Source of the DNA: Aliivibrio fischeri ES114
GTDB lineage: Bacteria > Pseudomonadota > Gammaproteobacteria > Enterobacterales > Vibrionaceae
NCBI RefSeq assembly: GCF_000011805.1
Contig: NC_006840.2
Direction: 5' to 3' (one strand)
DNA: 32,000 nucleotides
The notes under the pieces are model-generated. The model was not told the DNA's origin and ran no database searches. It saw only the letters and a list, made by a program, of their open reading frames with translations. The position numbers and the translations under genes are program-made. Below, piece after piece: positions 18,787 through 28,700 of the stretch (position 1 is its first letter; the number at the start of each line of letters is the position of its first letter).

Positions 18787-19854
18787 TTATTTATGATACG
18801 GCTTAGATAAGTCATGAACAGCATCAACAAACACACCCGCGTTTTCAGGTGGAACGTCTAGGTGAATACCATGACCTAGATTGAATACATGTCCTGTACC
18901 AGCATCACCAAAACCTTCAAGGATGGTTCCAACTTCTTGGCGAATACGCTCAGGTTGTGCATACAATATTGATGGATCCATGTTTCCTTGTAGAGCGACT
19001 TTATCTCCAATACGAGCTTTCGCATCGGCAATATTAATAGTCCAATCAAGACCAACTGCATCACAACCAGTTGCTGCAATTGATTCTAACCACATGCCAC
19101 CATTTTTGGTAAATAGAGTCACTGGTACACGGCGACCTTCGTTTTCACGGATCAAGCCATCAACAATTTTGTGCATGTAACGTAATGAGAACTCGTTATA
19201 GTCACGAGGGGTTAATACACCACCCCATGTATCAAATACCATTACAGATTGAGCACCGGCTTTAATCTGCGCATTTAAGTACTCAATAACACTGTCAGCT
19301 AATTTATCTAATAGTAAATGAAGCGTTGCAGGTTCTGCATACATCATTTTTTTGATTTTAGTGAATGCTTTTGAACTTCCACCTTCAACCATATAAGTTG
19401 CTAATGTCCACGGACTACCAGAGAAACCAATTAGTGGAACTTCGCCTTTTAGATCTTTACGGATCTGACGTACTGCATTCATCACATACTGCAGTTCACC
19501 TTCAGGATCAGGAAGACCGATCTTATCAACATCCGCTTTACAAGTAATTGGACGTTCAAACTTAGGACCTTCACCTGTTTCAAAGTACAGACCAAGACCC
19601 ATAGCATCTGGGATAGTTAAAATGTCAGAGAATAAAATAGCAGCATCTAGAGGAAAACGGCGTAAAGGCTGAAGAGTCACTTCTGATGCTAACTCTGCAT
19701 TTTTACACAAAGACATAAAGTCACCGGCTTCTGCACGCGTAGCTTTGTATTCTGGAAGGTAACGACCTGCTTGGCGCATCATCCAAACTGGTGTGTAATC
19801 TACTGGTTGTTTTAATAATGCACGTAAATAACGGTCATTTTTTAGTTCTGTCAT
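18787..19854 (-). CDS. hemE: uroporphyrinogen decarboxylase
   Basis: The 355 aa product starts [40 protein letters not shown], the canonical HemE N-terminus. Confidence 0.97.
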   Translation of the reverse strand: MTELKNDRYLRALLKQPVDYTPVWMMRQAGRYLPEYKATRAEAGDFMSLCKNAELASEVTLQPLRRFPLDAAILFSDILTIPDAMGLGLYFETGEGPKFERPITCKADVDKIGLPDPEGELQYVMNAVRQIRKDLKGEVPLIGFSGSPWTLATYMVEGGSSKAFTKIKKMMYAEPATLHLLLDKLADSVIEYLNAQIKAGAQSVMVFDTWGGVLTPRDYNEFSLRYMHKIVDGLIRENEGRRVPVTLFTKNGGMWLESIAATGCDAVGLDWTINIADAKARIGDKVALQGNMDPSILYAQPERIRQEVGTILEGFGDAGTGHVFNLGHGIHLDVPPENAGVFVDAVHDLSKPYHK

Positions 19855-20062
19855 GATCTTCCCTCATATTTGATTCCGCTATTGTAGCACTCAATTCACT
19901 GAACAAAAGCCTACCTTTGCTATCGAGATCATATTTAACCAATCTTGTGATTAATGATAATTGCGCAATAGATAACCACGTGTTAAAAATTATCTTGCTA
20001 GTGAAAATAACAACATCCAATTAACAATTGTTAAAATTGGAAATCATAACAACACCTTACTT

Positions 20063-20097
20063 ACACCCATTCATCTGTTTGGGTGTTTTTTTCTTTT
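20063..20097. terminator. hairpin abutting the nudC stop codon
   Basis: ACACCCA (10-nt loop) TGGGTGT. The T7 run follows the stem on the plus strand only. On the minus strand, the nudC sense, the stem is followed by AAGTAAGG. The orientation is therefore atypical for a nudC terminator. Confidence 0.4.
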
Positions 20098-20854
20098 AAA
20101 TTTCATTCAATGTTGCTTCAATTAACGCTCTTGCTATTGTCCCTTTTGGCGCTAATTCCGGTAGTACATTTTTATCATACCAACCCGCTTTAATGAGCTC
20201 ATTTTTATCTACTTTTATCTCACCAGACTCATAGTCCGCCATATATCCCATCATTAAGCTTGATGGAAAAGCCCAAGGCTGACTGCCAACATAACGAATA
20301 TTTTTTATTTTTATGCCCGTTTCCTCAAGCACCTCACGAGAAACAGCCATCTCCAAAGTTTCACCAACCTCAACAAACCCAGCTAAGACAGTAAACAAAC
20401 CACCTTTATGCCTTTGATGTTGAGCAAGTAGTACCTTATCATCACGGCGAACGGCAACAATAATTGAAGGGAATATTCTAGGATAATGGAGTTTGCGACA
20501 ATCATTACATTGCATCGCAATTTGATTATGGTTGAGCTGAGTTCGGCCACCACATTGCGGGCAAAAACGAAACTCTCTTGCCATAAATCCATACTGAATG
20601 GCTTTACTAAATAATAAAAAATCAGTTTGTGGATATTCTAATAATTCTCGGAGATTTGTATAAATAAGTTCCTGATTTACCAACTCATCATTTAACCACA
20701 TAACTGGTTTTTCATTATGATAACCAATACATATAGCCTGCTCGAAAGGTAAGTTAAACTCTATTGCACTACCATTTGGAAGCGCTTTGTCTTTTAGCCA
20801 AATGTTTGAATCATTTACTACGCACCAATATGCTTTTGTATGTTGGTTTAACAT
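20096..20854 (-). CDS. nudC: NADH pyrophosphatase / NAD-capped RNA hydrolase
   Basis: The Zn-ribbon is CPQCGG...[11 protein letters not shown]. The Nudix box is [24 protein letters not shown] chose ATG 20854 (252 aa, AGAGGG SD upstream) over the ORF-track start at 20959. Confidence 0.9.
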   Translation of the reverse strand: MLNQHTKAYWCVVNDSNIWLKDKALPNGSAIEFNLPFEQAICIGYHNEKPVMWLNDELVNQELIYTNLRELLEYPQTDFLLFSKAIQYGFMAREFRFCPQCGGRTQLNHNQIAMQCNDCRKLHYPRIFPSIIVAVRRDDKVLLAQHQRHKGGLFTVLAGFVEVGETLEMAVSREVLEETGIKIKNIRYVGSQPWAFPSSLMMGYMADYESGEIKVDKNELIKAGWYDKNVLPELAPKGTIARALIEATLNEI

Positions 20855-21013
20855 CTTTATCACAACCCTCTTGCAGCCATCAATGTTTACTGGCAATCTT
20901 AAAGAATAGTAATGAGTATATACCCAAACAATTTTCACTGAAACCACACTCAGATTCACTCGGGTATAGATATAGAACTTTGGAATATTGCTTGCAACTA
21001 CAAGGATATCGTT

Positions 21014-21496
21014 ATGCTTACTAGACTAAATCAATTCCAAGCACAATGGGGTGGCAATAGCGACGTTATTGATCACTGGCTATCTACTCGACAGGATTTA
21101 TTAGTTGAGTATTGCAAGTTAGCTGGTTTGCCTCCATTTGACTCATCAGTTTCCACTCTTCCTGATTTTGCGTCAATTCAATCATTTACACAGCATTTAA
21201 TTGATTATATTTCAGAAGGCCATTTCAAAATTTACAACATGGTAATGGAGAAATGGGATGCGACAGGCTTTTCTCCTACTGAAGAAATGAGCCAATTGTA
21301 TGCCCATATAACAAAAACAACTGACCCGATCCTTAACTTCACAGATAAGTACTCAAAAGATGATGAGGAATTATTATTAAGTGATTTCGACAATGATTTT
21401 TCAACACTAGGAGAGATTATTGAAGCAAGATTTGAGTTAGAGGATGGATTAATTGAACAAATATCCAGCAGTTTAGCACACCCTCCTGGAGCTTAA
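21014..21496 (+). CDS. rsd: regulator of sigma D (anti-sigma-70 factor Rsd)
   Basis: The 160 aa product is divergent from nudC, as in E. coli. Its features include [27 protein letters not shown] and a C-terminal [11 protein letters not shown], which parallel E. coli Rsd. Confidence 0.88.
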   Translation: MLTRLNQFQAQWGGNSDVIDHWLSTRQDLLVEYCKLAGLPPFDSSVSTLPDFASIQSFTQHLIDYISEGHFKIYNMVMEKWDATGFSPTEEMSQLYAHITKTTDPILNFTDKYSKDDEELLLSDFDNDFSTLGEIIEARFELEDGLIEQISSSLAHPPGA

Positions 21497-21501
21497 TGAT
21501 T

Positions 21502-21534
21502 AAATAGAGTGTTTGACCCAAACACTCTATTTAA
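21502..21534. terminator. bidirectional terminator between rsd and csgG
   Basis: Perfect 14-bp stem AAATAGAGTGTTTG / CAAACACTCTATTT with a 3-nt loop and AT-rich flanks. Confidence 0.8.
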
Positions 21535-21536
21535 TT

Positions 21537-22373
21537 TTATAAAATTTGATTGGTTTCAGAAGCGTATTTTTTAAATATCGGATTATTTCTAGTATCTAAA
21601 TTTGCAGGTCGCCATAGCCCTTGTTGTACACCTTTCACGATAAGGTGTATGACAGCGGAATCAATCGCTGACATCAAAGCAATATTTACAGGCTCATTAT
21701 TGGTATACCCTAGTTCTACCTCTAATAGCTCTTTGTAATCAACAAAACGAAATGCACCAGCAGAGACTTCATAAGATAAAATTGTTTTACTTGTAGTCAC
21801 GCTTGTCAGTATCTTCCCACTTCTTACATCGACCGCTCGTATGTTCACAGTCACTTGATCTGCCCTATATTGACCCGAACCACCAATCCCTAAATAACGA
21901 GCACCTGCACCACCGGTTTTTATATTTGAATCATAAGCAACAATACCCCCTTCTATCATTACGTTAGCAGACAATAATGAAGGTAATGTTGAGCCATGAT
22001 TGCTAATCGATTCCTGCTTTTTTTGAGCCGCTCTAATAATTTTTCGTTCAGTCAAAAGATTTTGTAATCCTTGACGCTCTAAAGGATAAAACCATTCTGA
22101 ATCTAATAAAGCCATCGTTAAAAGGGCCGTTCCACCTTGAGGTACAGCGGTCGAAAAGTTACTGTTAGGCTGTGGTTTATATTGTCCCGTTTGATCTCTA
22201 AAATCATATACAGAAACAAATATTTTCCCTTGTGGCTTAGGTAGCGATATCAAATCAATATAATTCGCTCCTCGCTGCATTAACGTTGGAGATTCAGAAG
22301 TTTCAGGAATATCGATTGAATTTGAACAACCCGCTAACAGTAGTATGAATAAATAATAAATTGAATATTTCAT
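21537..22373 (-). CDS. csgG: curli secretion channel lipoprotein CsgG
   Basis: The lipobox is LLAG-C-SNS. Long colinear similarity to E. coli CsgG includes KIFVSVYDFRDQTGQYKP, NFSTAVPQGGTALL, WFYPLERQGLQNLLTERKIIRAAQ and SKTILSYEVSAGAFRFVDY. Confidence 0.95.
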   Translation of the reverse strand: MKYSIYYLFILLLAGCSNSIDIPETSESPTLMQRGANYIDLISLPKPQGKIFVSVYDFRDQTGQYKPQPNSNFSTAVPQGGTALLTMALLDSEWFYPLERQGLQNLLTERKIIRAAQKKQESISNHGSTLPSLLSANVMIEGGIVAYDSNIKTGGAGARYLGIGGSGQYRADQVTVNIRAVDVRSGKILTSVTTSKTILSYEVSAGAFRFVDYKELLEVELGYTNNEPVNIALMSAIDSAVIHLIVKGVQQGLWRPANLDTRNNPIFKKYASETNQIL

Positions 22374-22394
22374 TGCTCAGTCCTTAGCGTTAGA

Positions 22395-22796
22395 TCAATC
22401 TGGAGTTAAGCCACTCACCTGAATCTCTGATGTTTCCCCTGTTGCTTTATCAACAATTTGAATCAATAAAGCCCCTGAGTCATCAACAATATTAAGTATG
22501 AAATCATCTGTAATTAATTGCCCAGTATTACCATTACCTACATCAGCAAGTAATTGACTGATCAAGCGAGATTGCAAACTAGATGTTAAACGATCTAGCG
22601 CTGACTCTTGTTCAAATAATGAATCTTCTTGAGGTCCTTTATAATCATTAATTGCATTTGCACCACCAAACAGGTGTGATGTATTTAAAGGGTTTCCTCC
22701 GAAATTAGGATTCACTGGTGTGTATACCAATTCACTCGCATGAACAAAAACAGGTATACAGATAGATAGCATTAGCAATACATTCCTTATTGCCAT
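22395..22796 (-). CDS. csgF: curli assembly component CsgF
   Basis: It has a signal peptide followed by the conserved NPNFGGNP motif (YTPVNPNFGGNPLNTSHLFGGANAINDYK), and it sits between csgE and csgG. Confidence 0.9.
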   Translation of the reverse strand: MAIRNVLLMLSICIPVFVHASELVYTPVNPNFGGNPLNTSHLFGGANAINDYKGPQEDSLFEQESALDRLTSSLQSRLISQLLADVGNGNTGQLITDDFILNIVDDSGALLIQIVDKATGETSEIQVSGLTPD

Positions 22797-22805
22797 AATT
22801 AGTCC

Positions 22806-23258
22806 TTAGATCTCAGGGTAATCGAGATCAAATGTATCTTTAAATAACTTTTCTGTTTGCCATTTAACTATGTATTTATTTACGGCTTCTAGAGCCTGTT
22901 CTGCTTTCTCATCAGCCTGTCGTTGACCTGGGGAAAGAGCACTTCTATAAATAACCTTATCAAAATGATAAACCCCTATAATGCTTCCAGATAATGCCGT
23001 CGGTCTTTCTTTTATTGTTAGGTTTACATCTATATCTTCATATCTAGCGTTCATTTTCATAGAAAAAGAAAAATAAAAATCTCGTCCCAAACGAGTCAAT
23101 GTACGATCAATAATCAACCCATCAAGTTCAATTAAATCATCTACCTCATTTACGCTGTTGTTTTCCAAAGGAGCTTTAGACTCTAACGAAGCTTTATTAT
23201 CTGAAGCAAAAGAAATAAAAGATGTAAAAAAAACGATACTAATATATTTAATATTCAT
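22806..23258 (-). CDS. csgE: curli secretion specificity factor CsgE
   Basis: It has a signal peptide. LIIDRTLTRLGRDFYFSFS...NLTIKERPTALSGSIIGV parallels E. coli CsgE (LLTDHTVSSIGHDFYRAF...LTINERPSARWGSWITI). Its start overlaps the csgD stop (ATGA). Confidence 0.88.
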   Translation of the reverse strand: MNIKYISIVFFTSFISFASDNKASLESKAPLENNSVNEVDDLIELDGLIIDRTLTRLGRDFYFSFSMKMNARYEDIDVNLTIKERPTALSGSIIGVYHFDKVIYRSALSPGQRQADEKAEQALEAVNKYIVKWQTEKLFKDTFDLDYPEI

Positions 23259-23899
23259 CGATTATTTCCTTCAAAGTCATACCCTTTAGCCCACATCATT
23301 GCTTGTAATCTATTTTTTACATTTAATTTTTTAAAGACATTATATAAATGCGTTTTAACTGTATTTTCACTTACAAACAATGAATTAGCGATATCTAAAT
23401 TTGAAGCTCCAGATGCTAATAATCTTAATATTTCACTCTCTCTTGTCGTTAATGAAATAGATGTCGACAATATTGCATTCTGTTTTTCTCTATATGTAAA
23501 TATTAACTCGCTAATTATTTTACGACTAAGCCACATTTCTCCTTCTATTATTTTTTTTACTCCATAAGATATAATATCCATATTATCTTTTTCATAAAAA
23601 ATACCTACAACATTTGGGTATTTCATTATGTTTTTTTTTATATTCTCATCAGTTATATTAAAAAGTATTTCTCTTACCTTTAATTTATTTTGATTAATAG
23701 TATCTATATAATTTTTATACTTTTTATCTGTTTGTTTTTTTATATCCAAGATAACTAGAATATCATCGTCTATTTTCCCCTTATTTACTAATTCATCACA
23801 ATTAAGAGAAATAATCGCTCGACCAGAGGTTTTCTCCAACAAATCAATAAGTAATGATGAATACAATGTTGGATCTGACGATAAATAATAAATACTCAT
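23255..23899 (-). CDS. csgD: LuxR/FixJ-family curli master regulator CsgD
   Basis: A strong GGAGGAG SD is present. The C-terminal HTH, LTTRESEILRLLASGASNLDIANSLFVSENTVKTHLYNVFKKLNVKNRLQAMMWA, closely parallels E. coli CsgD. The N-terminal receiver-like domain is ...ILVILDIKK.... Confidence 0.9.
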   Translation of the reverse strand: MSIYYLSSDPTLYSSLLIDLLEKTSGRAIISLNCDELVNKGKIDDDILVILDIKKQTDKKYKNYIDTINQNKLKVREILFNITDENIKKNIMKYPNVVGIFYEKDNMDIISYGVKKIIEGEMWLSRKIISELIFTYREKQNAILSTSISLTTRESEILRLLASGASNLDIANSLFVSENTVKTHLYNVFKKLNVKNRLQAMMWAKGYDFEGNNR

Positions 23900-24154
23900 C
23901 TCACTCCTCCATGATGACTGTTATTTAAAACTAGCTTAAAACCTCTACATATCCACTGAATAACTAAATAATTATTAATAATACCCAACATGTATCACTT
24001 ATGAGAATTCAATAAACATATAAAAAACAACACGCATGGTACTTTAGTTTATTTTTTATAAATAAAAATATCAGTAATAAGTTTATGGTTGTTCTCTGAG
24101 CAAATCCCATACTTTTGATGTGGCAAAAAGCTATCACGAAAGAGGGATACTGAT
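23900..24154. promoter_or_regulatory. divergent csgDEFG / csgBA control region
   Basis: A 255-bp, very A+T-rich spacer lies between the divergent csgD and csgB starts. Hand counts give 16/60 G+C at 23941-24000 and 13/60 at 24001-24060. I did not map promoters. Confidence 0.6.
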
Positions 24155-24724
24155 ATGAAAATATTATCAGTAAGTTATATCTATTTATTAATGGGGATAA
24201 GTAGTTACAGTTATGCGAATTTTGATTTAGGCATTAATGAATTTAATGCTCCAAATGAATTAACGGAATTATCCGAATTAAATACGAGCAATGATAATAA
24301 TGCAATTATTGAATTAATTAATTCAACAAACTCGCAAGTAACTATTATTCAACATAATGTAAATAAAACAGGAAGTAATAAAGCAAAAGTAAAACAAACT
24401 GGTTATGACAATACAGCGGCCGTCATGCAACTAGGTAGCAATAATGTAGGGTTAATTGCTCAAAATGGCACAAATAATTTAGCGACATTAAAACAGCTAG
24501 GATTCAACCATGAAGGTGCCATTTTACAAGAAGGTAATGACAACATAGCCCATTTAGTACAAACAGGTAACGGTAAACAAAATGTAGTAAACCAAACAGG
24601 TGATTCAAATATTGCAGCTGCAGTGAATAAAAATAATGGTGCAGGTTTTTCCATTAATCAAACTGGCAATCAAGGAATTATCTTAGTAAACGGAATGGAT
24701 AGATTCATATCCATCGTAAATTAA
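24155..24724 (+). CDS. csgB: minor curlin / nucleator CsgB
   Basis: It has a signal peptide (…SSYSYA). The N-terminal FDLGINEFNAPNELTELS resembles E. coli CsgB YDLANSEYNFAVNELSKS. Then come about 6 curlin repeats of the Q-x-G-x-x-N-x-A type (KQTGYDNTAAVMQ, AQNGTNNLATLKQ, LQEGNDNIAHLVQ, NQTGDSNIAAAV). Confidence 0.88.
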   Translation: MKILSVSYIYLLMGISSYSYANFDLGINEFNAPNELTELSELNTSNDNNAIIELINSTNSQVTIIQHNVNKTGSNKAKVKQTGYDNTAAVMQLGSNNVGLIAQNGTNNLATLKQLGFNHEGAILQEGNDNIAHLVQTGNGKQNVVNQTGDSNIAAAVNKNNGAGFSINQTGNQGIILVNGMDRFISIVN

Positions 24725-24748
24725 AAATCATTTCAAGGAAGTTTTATT

Positions 24749-25693
24749 ATGAAAAAGCTAGCAATCGCAATCTCAACTATCTTACTTTCTGGTGCTGCAT
24801 ATGCTGGGAATACAGCTGATGTAGAGCTATTTAATGCAGATGATAATGACGTTAATATTTTCCAAATGTCACCAGCAGTAGGGAATGATGCAGATGTGTT
24901 AATTCGAAACTCTGATGAGAACGAAGTCGATATTTATCAAATGGGTCGTCATAACGATGCAGTCGTAAGAGTACGTAACGGAAGTGATGATAATGACCTA
25001 ATGATTGATCAAGATGGTCGTCACAACCGTGCTGTTCTAAAAGCTCGTTTAGGTAGTGATGAGAATGACTTCGCAATTGAGCAAGATGGACGTCTGAATT
25101 TAGGTAAAGTTATTGCCGATGACAGTGATAACAACAACGGTTTAATTGATCAACGTGGACGCCGAAATGAAGCCTACATTAATTTTGATAGCGCATCAGA
25201 TAACTCGAACAATAAAATTGTTCAAAGAGGTCGTCGAAATGAAGGTGAAATTAGTGTAATGGGCGGATCGAACAATGGTACATTAAAAATCCGTCAAAAA
25301 GGACATGATAATGACTCTAAAATTCATGTTTATGGTGGTTCAGGTAATGAAGCATTAACTAAAATCAACGGTGATGATAATACAACTTACACTGCATTTT
25401 ATGCTGGAGCATCAGATAACGACACGACAATCTTGATGAAAAATGATTCATTAGACAATACCGTTTACGCTGTCGTTGTTGGTGGTAGCTTCAACGAAGC
25501 TGATGTAACAATTGATTCAAGTAACGATAACTTTGTTTCTGTGGCCCAATGGGGTGACTCATCAATGGCTGAGGTTACATTGGAAAATGGTTCGAATGAT
25601 AACTGGATAATGATTAATCAAACTAATAATGACATGGCTACCGTGACCGCTGATAACAGTAGTTACAATGCTGTTGTAATTACTCAACTATAA
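24749..25693 (+). CDS. csgA: putative major curlin CsgA, expanded and divergent (~12 repeats)
   Basis: It occupies the csgA position, 24 nt after csgB. The signal peptide is MKKLAIAISTILLSGAAYA. An Asn recurs at residues 21, 46, 69, 93, 117, 140, 164, 188, 211, 237, 261, 285 and 307, a period of about 24. Q-x-G-[RH]-x-N-x-A occurs at Q64, Q88, Q112, Q135, Q159 and Q183. The curlin-like motif degenerates in the C-terminal half. Confidence 0.75.
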   Translation: MKKLAIAISTILLSGAAYAGNTADVELFNADDNDVNIFQMSPAVGNDADVLIRNSDENEVDIYQMGRHNDAVVRVRNGSDDNDLMIDQDGRHNRAVLKARLGSDENDFAIEQDGRLNLGKVIADDSDNNNGLIDQRGRRNEAYINFDSASDNSNNKIVQRGRRNEGEISVMGGSNNGTLKIRQKGHDNDSKIHVYGGSGNEALTKINGDDNTTYTAFYAGASDNDTTILMKNDSLDNTVYAVVVGGSFNEADVTIDSSNDNFVSVAQWGDSSMAEVTLENGSNDNWIMINQTNNDMATVTADNSSYNAVVITQL

Positions 25694-25707
25694 ATTTATC
25701 ACTTAAA

Positions 25708-25741
25708 TAAAAAAGCCCTGCATCTCTGCAGGGCTTTTATT
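25708..25741. terminator. bidirectional terminator shared by csgBA and rpoBC
   Basis: AAAAAAGCCCTGCA TCTC TGCAGGGCTTTTATTT lies between the csgA stop (25693) and the rpoC stop (25759). Confidence 0.88.
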
Positions 25742-25758
25742 TGCGTTTATTAAATCAA

Positions 25759-28700
25759 TTACTCTTCAGAAGAGAAACCTGCATTTAATAGTGCCGCTAA
25801 GTTATCAGTCGCTTGCTCAGCTGATGGACCTTCTTGCTCCACAGCTTTTTGCTTTTGACGTTCTTGGTGGTATGCGAAACCTGTACCCGCTGGAATTAGA
25901 CGACCAACGATTACGTTTTCTTTCAGACCACGTAGTTCATCACGCTTACCAGAAACCGCTGCTTCAGTAAGTACGCGCGTCGTTTCTTGGAACGATGCAG
26001 CAGAGATGAACGACTCAGTAGCAAGAGACGCTTTAGTAATACCTAGTAGATCACGCTCGAAACGTGCAGGTTGCTTGCCTTCAGCTTCAAGCTGACGGTT
26101 TGCAATCGTTACGTTAGCGAATTCTAGTTGCTCACCTTCAAGGAAAGTAGAATCACCAGAATGTGTAATCGTACACTTACGTAGCATTTGACGAACGATA
26201 GTTTCAATGTGCTTATCGTTAATCTTAACGCCTTGTAAACGGTAAACTTCTTGAACTTCGTTAGTGATGTATTCAGTAACTGCATGAATACCACGTAAAC
26301 GTAGGATATCATGTGGAGTTTCTGGACCATCAGAGATAACGTCACCACGTTCAACTTTATCACCTTCAAAGATGTTAAGTTGACGGTGTTTATGAATCAT
26401 TTCTTCATAAACTTCGCCGTTATCGTCACGAGTGATCAATAAGCGAACCTTACCTTTAGTCTCTTTACCAAACGCAACAATACCTGCGTGCTCAGCAAGA
26501 ATTGCTGGCTCTTTAGGCTTACGAGCTTCAAATAAGTCCGCAACGCGTGGTAGACCACCGGTGATATCTTTAGTACCGCTTGAAGCTTGAGGAATACGAG
26601 CTAACGTTTCACCAATACCTACGTTACCACCATCAGCAAGGTTAACAATCGCCTTACCAGGTAGGAAGTATTGAGCTGGCATTTCAGTACCAGGGATCAT
26701 GATGTCGTTACCATTCGCATCAACAAGTTTCACTGTTGGACGCATGTCTTTACCAGCAGAAGCACGCTCAGCCGCATCAAGAACAACGATTGAAGATAGA
26801 CCAGTTAGCTCATCAGTTTGAGTTGTGATCGTAACACCATCAATCATATCAACGAATTGAACTTGACCTTGTACTTCAGTGATGATTGGCATTGTATGCG
26901 GATCCCAAGATGCGATCTTGTCGCCTTGGTTAACTGCATCACCATCTTTCTTAGTTAAGATAGTACCGTAAGATAGTTTGTAGCTTTCTTTTGTACGGCC
27001 ATGCTCATCAATAACTGTTAATTCAGAAGCACGAGACGTAATAACTAAGTTACCTTCGCCATTTGTTACGTGCTTAGCATTATGAAGTTTGATCGAACCA
27101 GTCGTCTTAACTTGAATGCTGTTGTCTGCTGCCGCTGTAGATGCCGCACCACCGATGTGGAACGTACGCATCGTTAGCTGTGTACCAGGTTCACCGATTG
27201 ATTGAGCAGCGATAACACCAACTGACTCACCTTGGTTAACCATATGACCACGAGCTAGGTCACGACCGTAACAGTTTGCACAACAACCGAAGTCAGCTTC
27301 ACAGCTTACTACTGAACGTACTTTAATTTGGTCAACTGAGTTTTCTTCAACGATTTGACACTGCTTCTCATCAAGAAGTGTGTTACGTGGAAGAAGAATT
27401 TCATCTGTACCTGGTTTCAATACATCTTCAGCAACCACACGACCTAGAACACGTTCGTGTAGAGGTTCTTTAACGTCACCACCTTCAATTAGAGGAGTCA
27501 TGGTCACACCTTCGTATGTACCACAGTCATCTAAGTGAACAACTACATCTTGTGCAACGTCTACTAAACGACGAGTCAGGTAACCTGAGTTCGCAGTTTT
27601 AAGTGCTGTATCGGCAAGACCTTTACGCGCACCGTGCGTTGAGATGAAGTATTGGTTTACGTTTAGACCTTCACGGAAGTTCGCCGTGATCGGTGTTTCG
27701 ATGATTGAACCATCTGGTTTAGCCATCAGACCACGCATACCAGCTAGCTGACGAATCTGAGCTGCAGAACCACGAGCACCGGAATCGGCCATCATGTAAA
27801 CGCTGTTAAACGATTCTTGTTGCTCTTCTTCACCATCGCGGTTAAGCACTGTTTCTGAAGACAGGTTATCCATCATCTCTTTAGCAACTTGTTCGTTTGT
27901 TGCCGCCCAGATATCGATAACTTTGTTGTAACGTTCGCCCGCAGTTACAAGACCAGATTGGTACTGTTCTTGAATTTGCTTAACTTCTTCTTCTGCATCA
28001 GCAACTTTCGTATACTTAGCATCAGGGATAACCATGTCATCGATACCAACAGACGCACCAGACAATGCTGCGTATGCGAAACCGGTGTACATGATTTGGT
28101 CAGCAAACACTACAGTGTCTTTAAGACCAAGAGTACGGTACGCTTCGTTTAGTAGGTTAGAGATTTGCTTCTTACCTAACTTCTGGTTAATGATGCTGTA
28201 AGGAAGACCTTCTGGCACGATTTGCCATAGCATTGCACGACCAACAGTCGTATCAACCAGTTTAGTTTCACGAGTTTCAATACCATTCTCATCACGAAGA
28301 ACTTCAGTGATACGAACTTTAACGCGAGCATGTAGCTCTGCAACACCTGTACGGTATGCTTTTTCAGCTTCAGCAAAACCTTCAAGGTACATGCCTTCGC
28401 CTTTCGCGTTAATTTTTTCACGTGTCATGTAGTACAGACCTAATACAACGTCCTGAGAAGGTACGATGATTGGGTCACCTGATGCTGGCGACAGAATGTT
28501 GTTTGTCGACATCATTAGGGTACGTGCTTCTAATTGAGCTTCCAGAGTTAGTGGTACGTGTACCGCCATCTGGTCACCATCGAAGTCGGCGTTATATGCC
28601 GCACACACTAGTGGGTGAAGCTGAATCGCTTTACCTTCGATTAGTACTGGTTCAAACGCTTGGATACCTAGACGGTGAAGTGTCGGTGCACGGTTAAGTA

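Noticed and set aside
20764-21024. 86-aa plus-strand ORF across the nudC 5' end and the nudC-rsd spacer
   Set aside because: It overlaps nudC in antisense, has no SD, and nothing suggests it is conserved.
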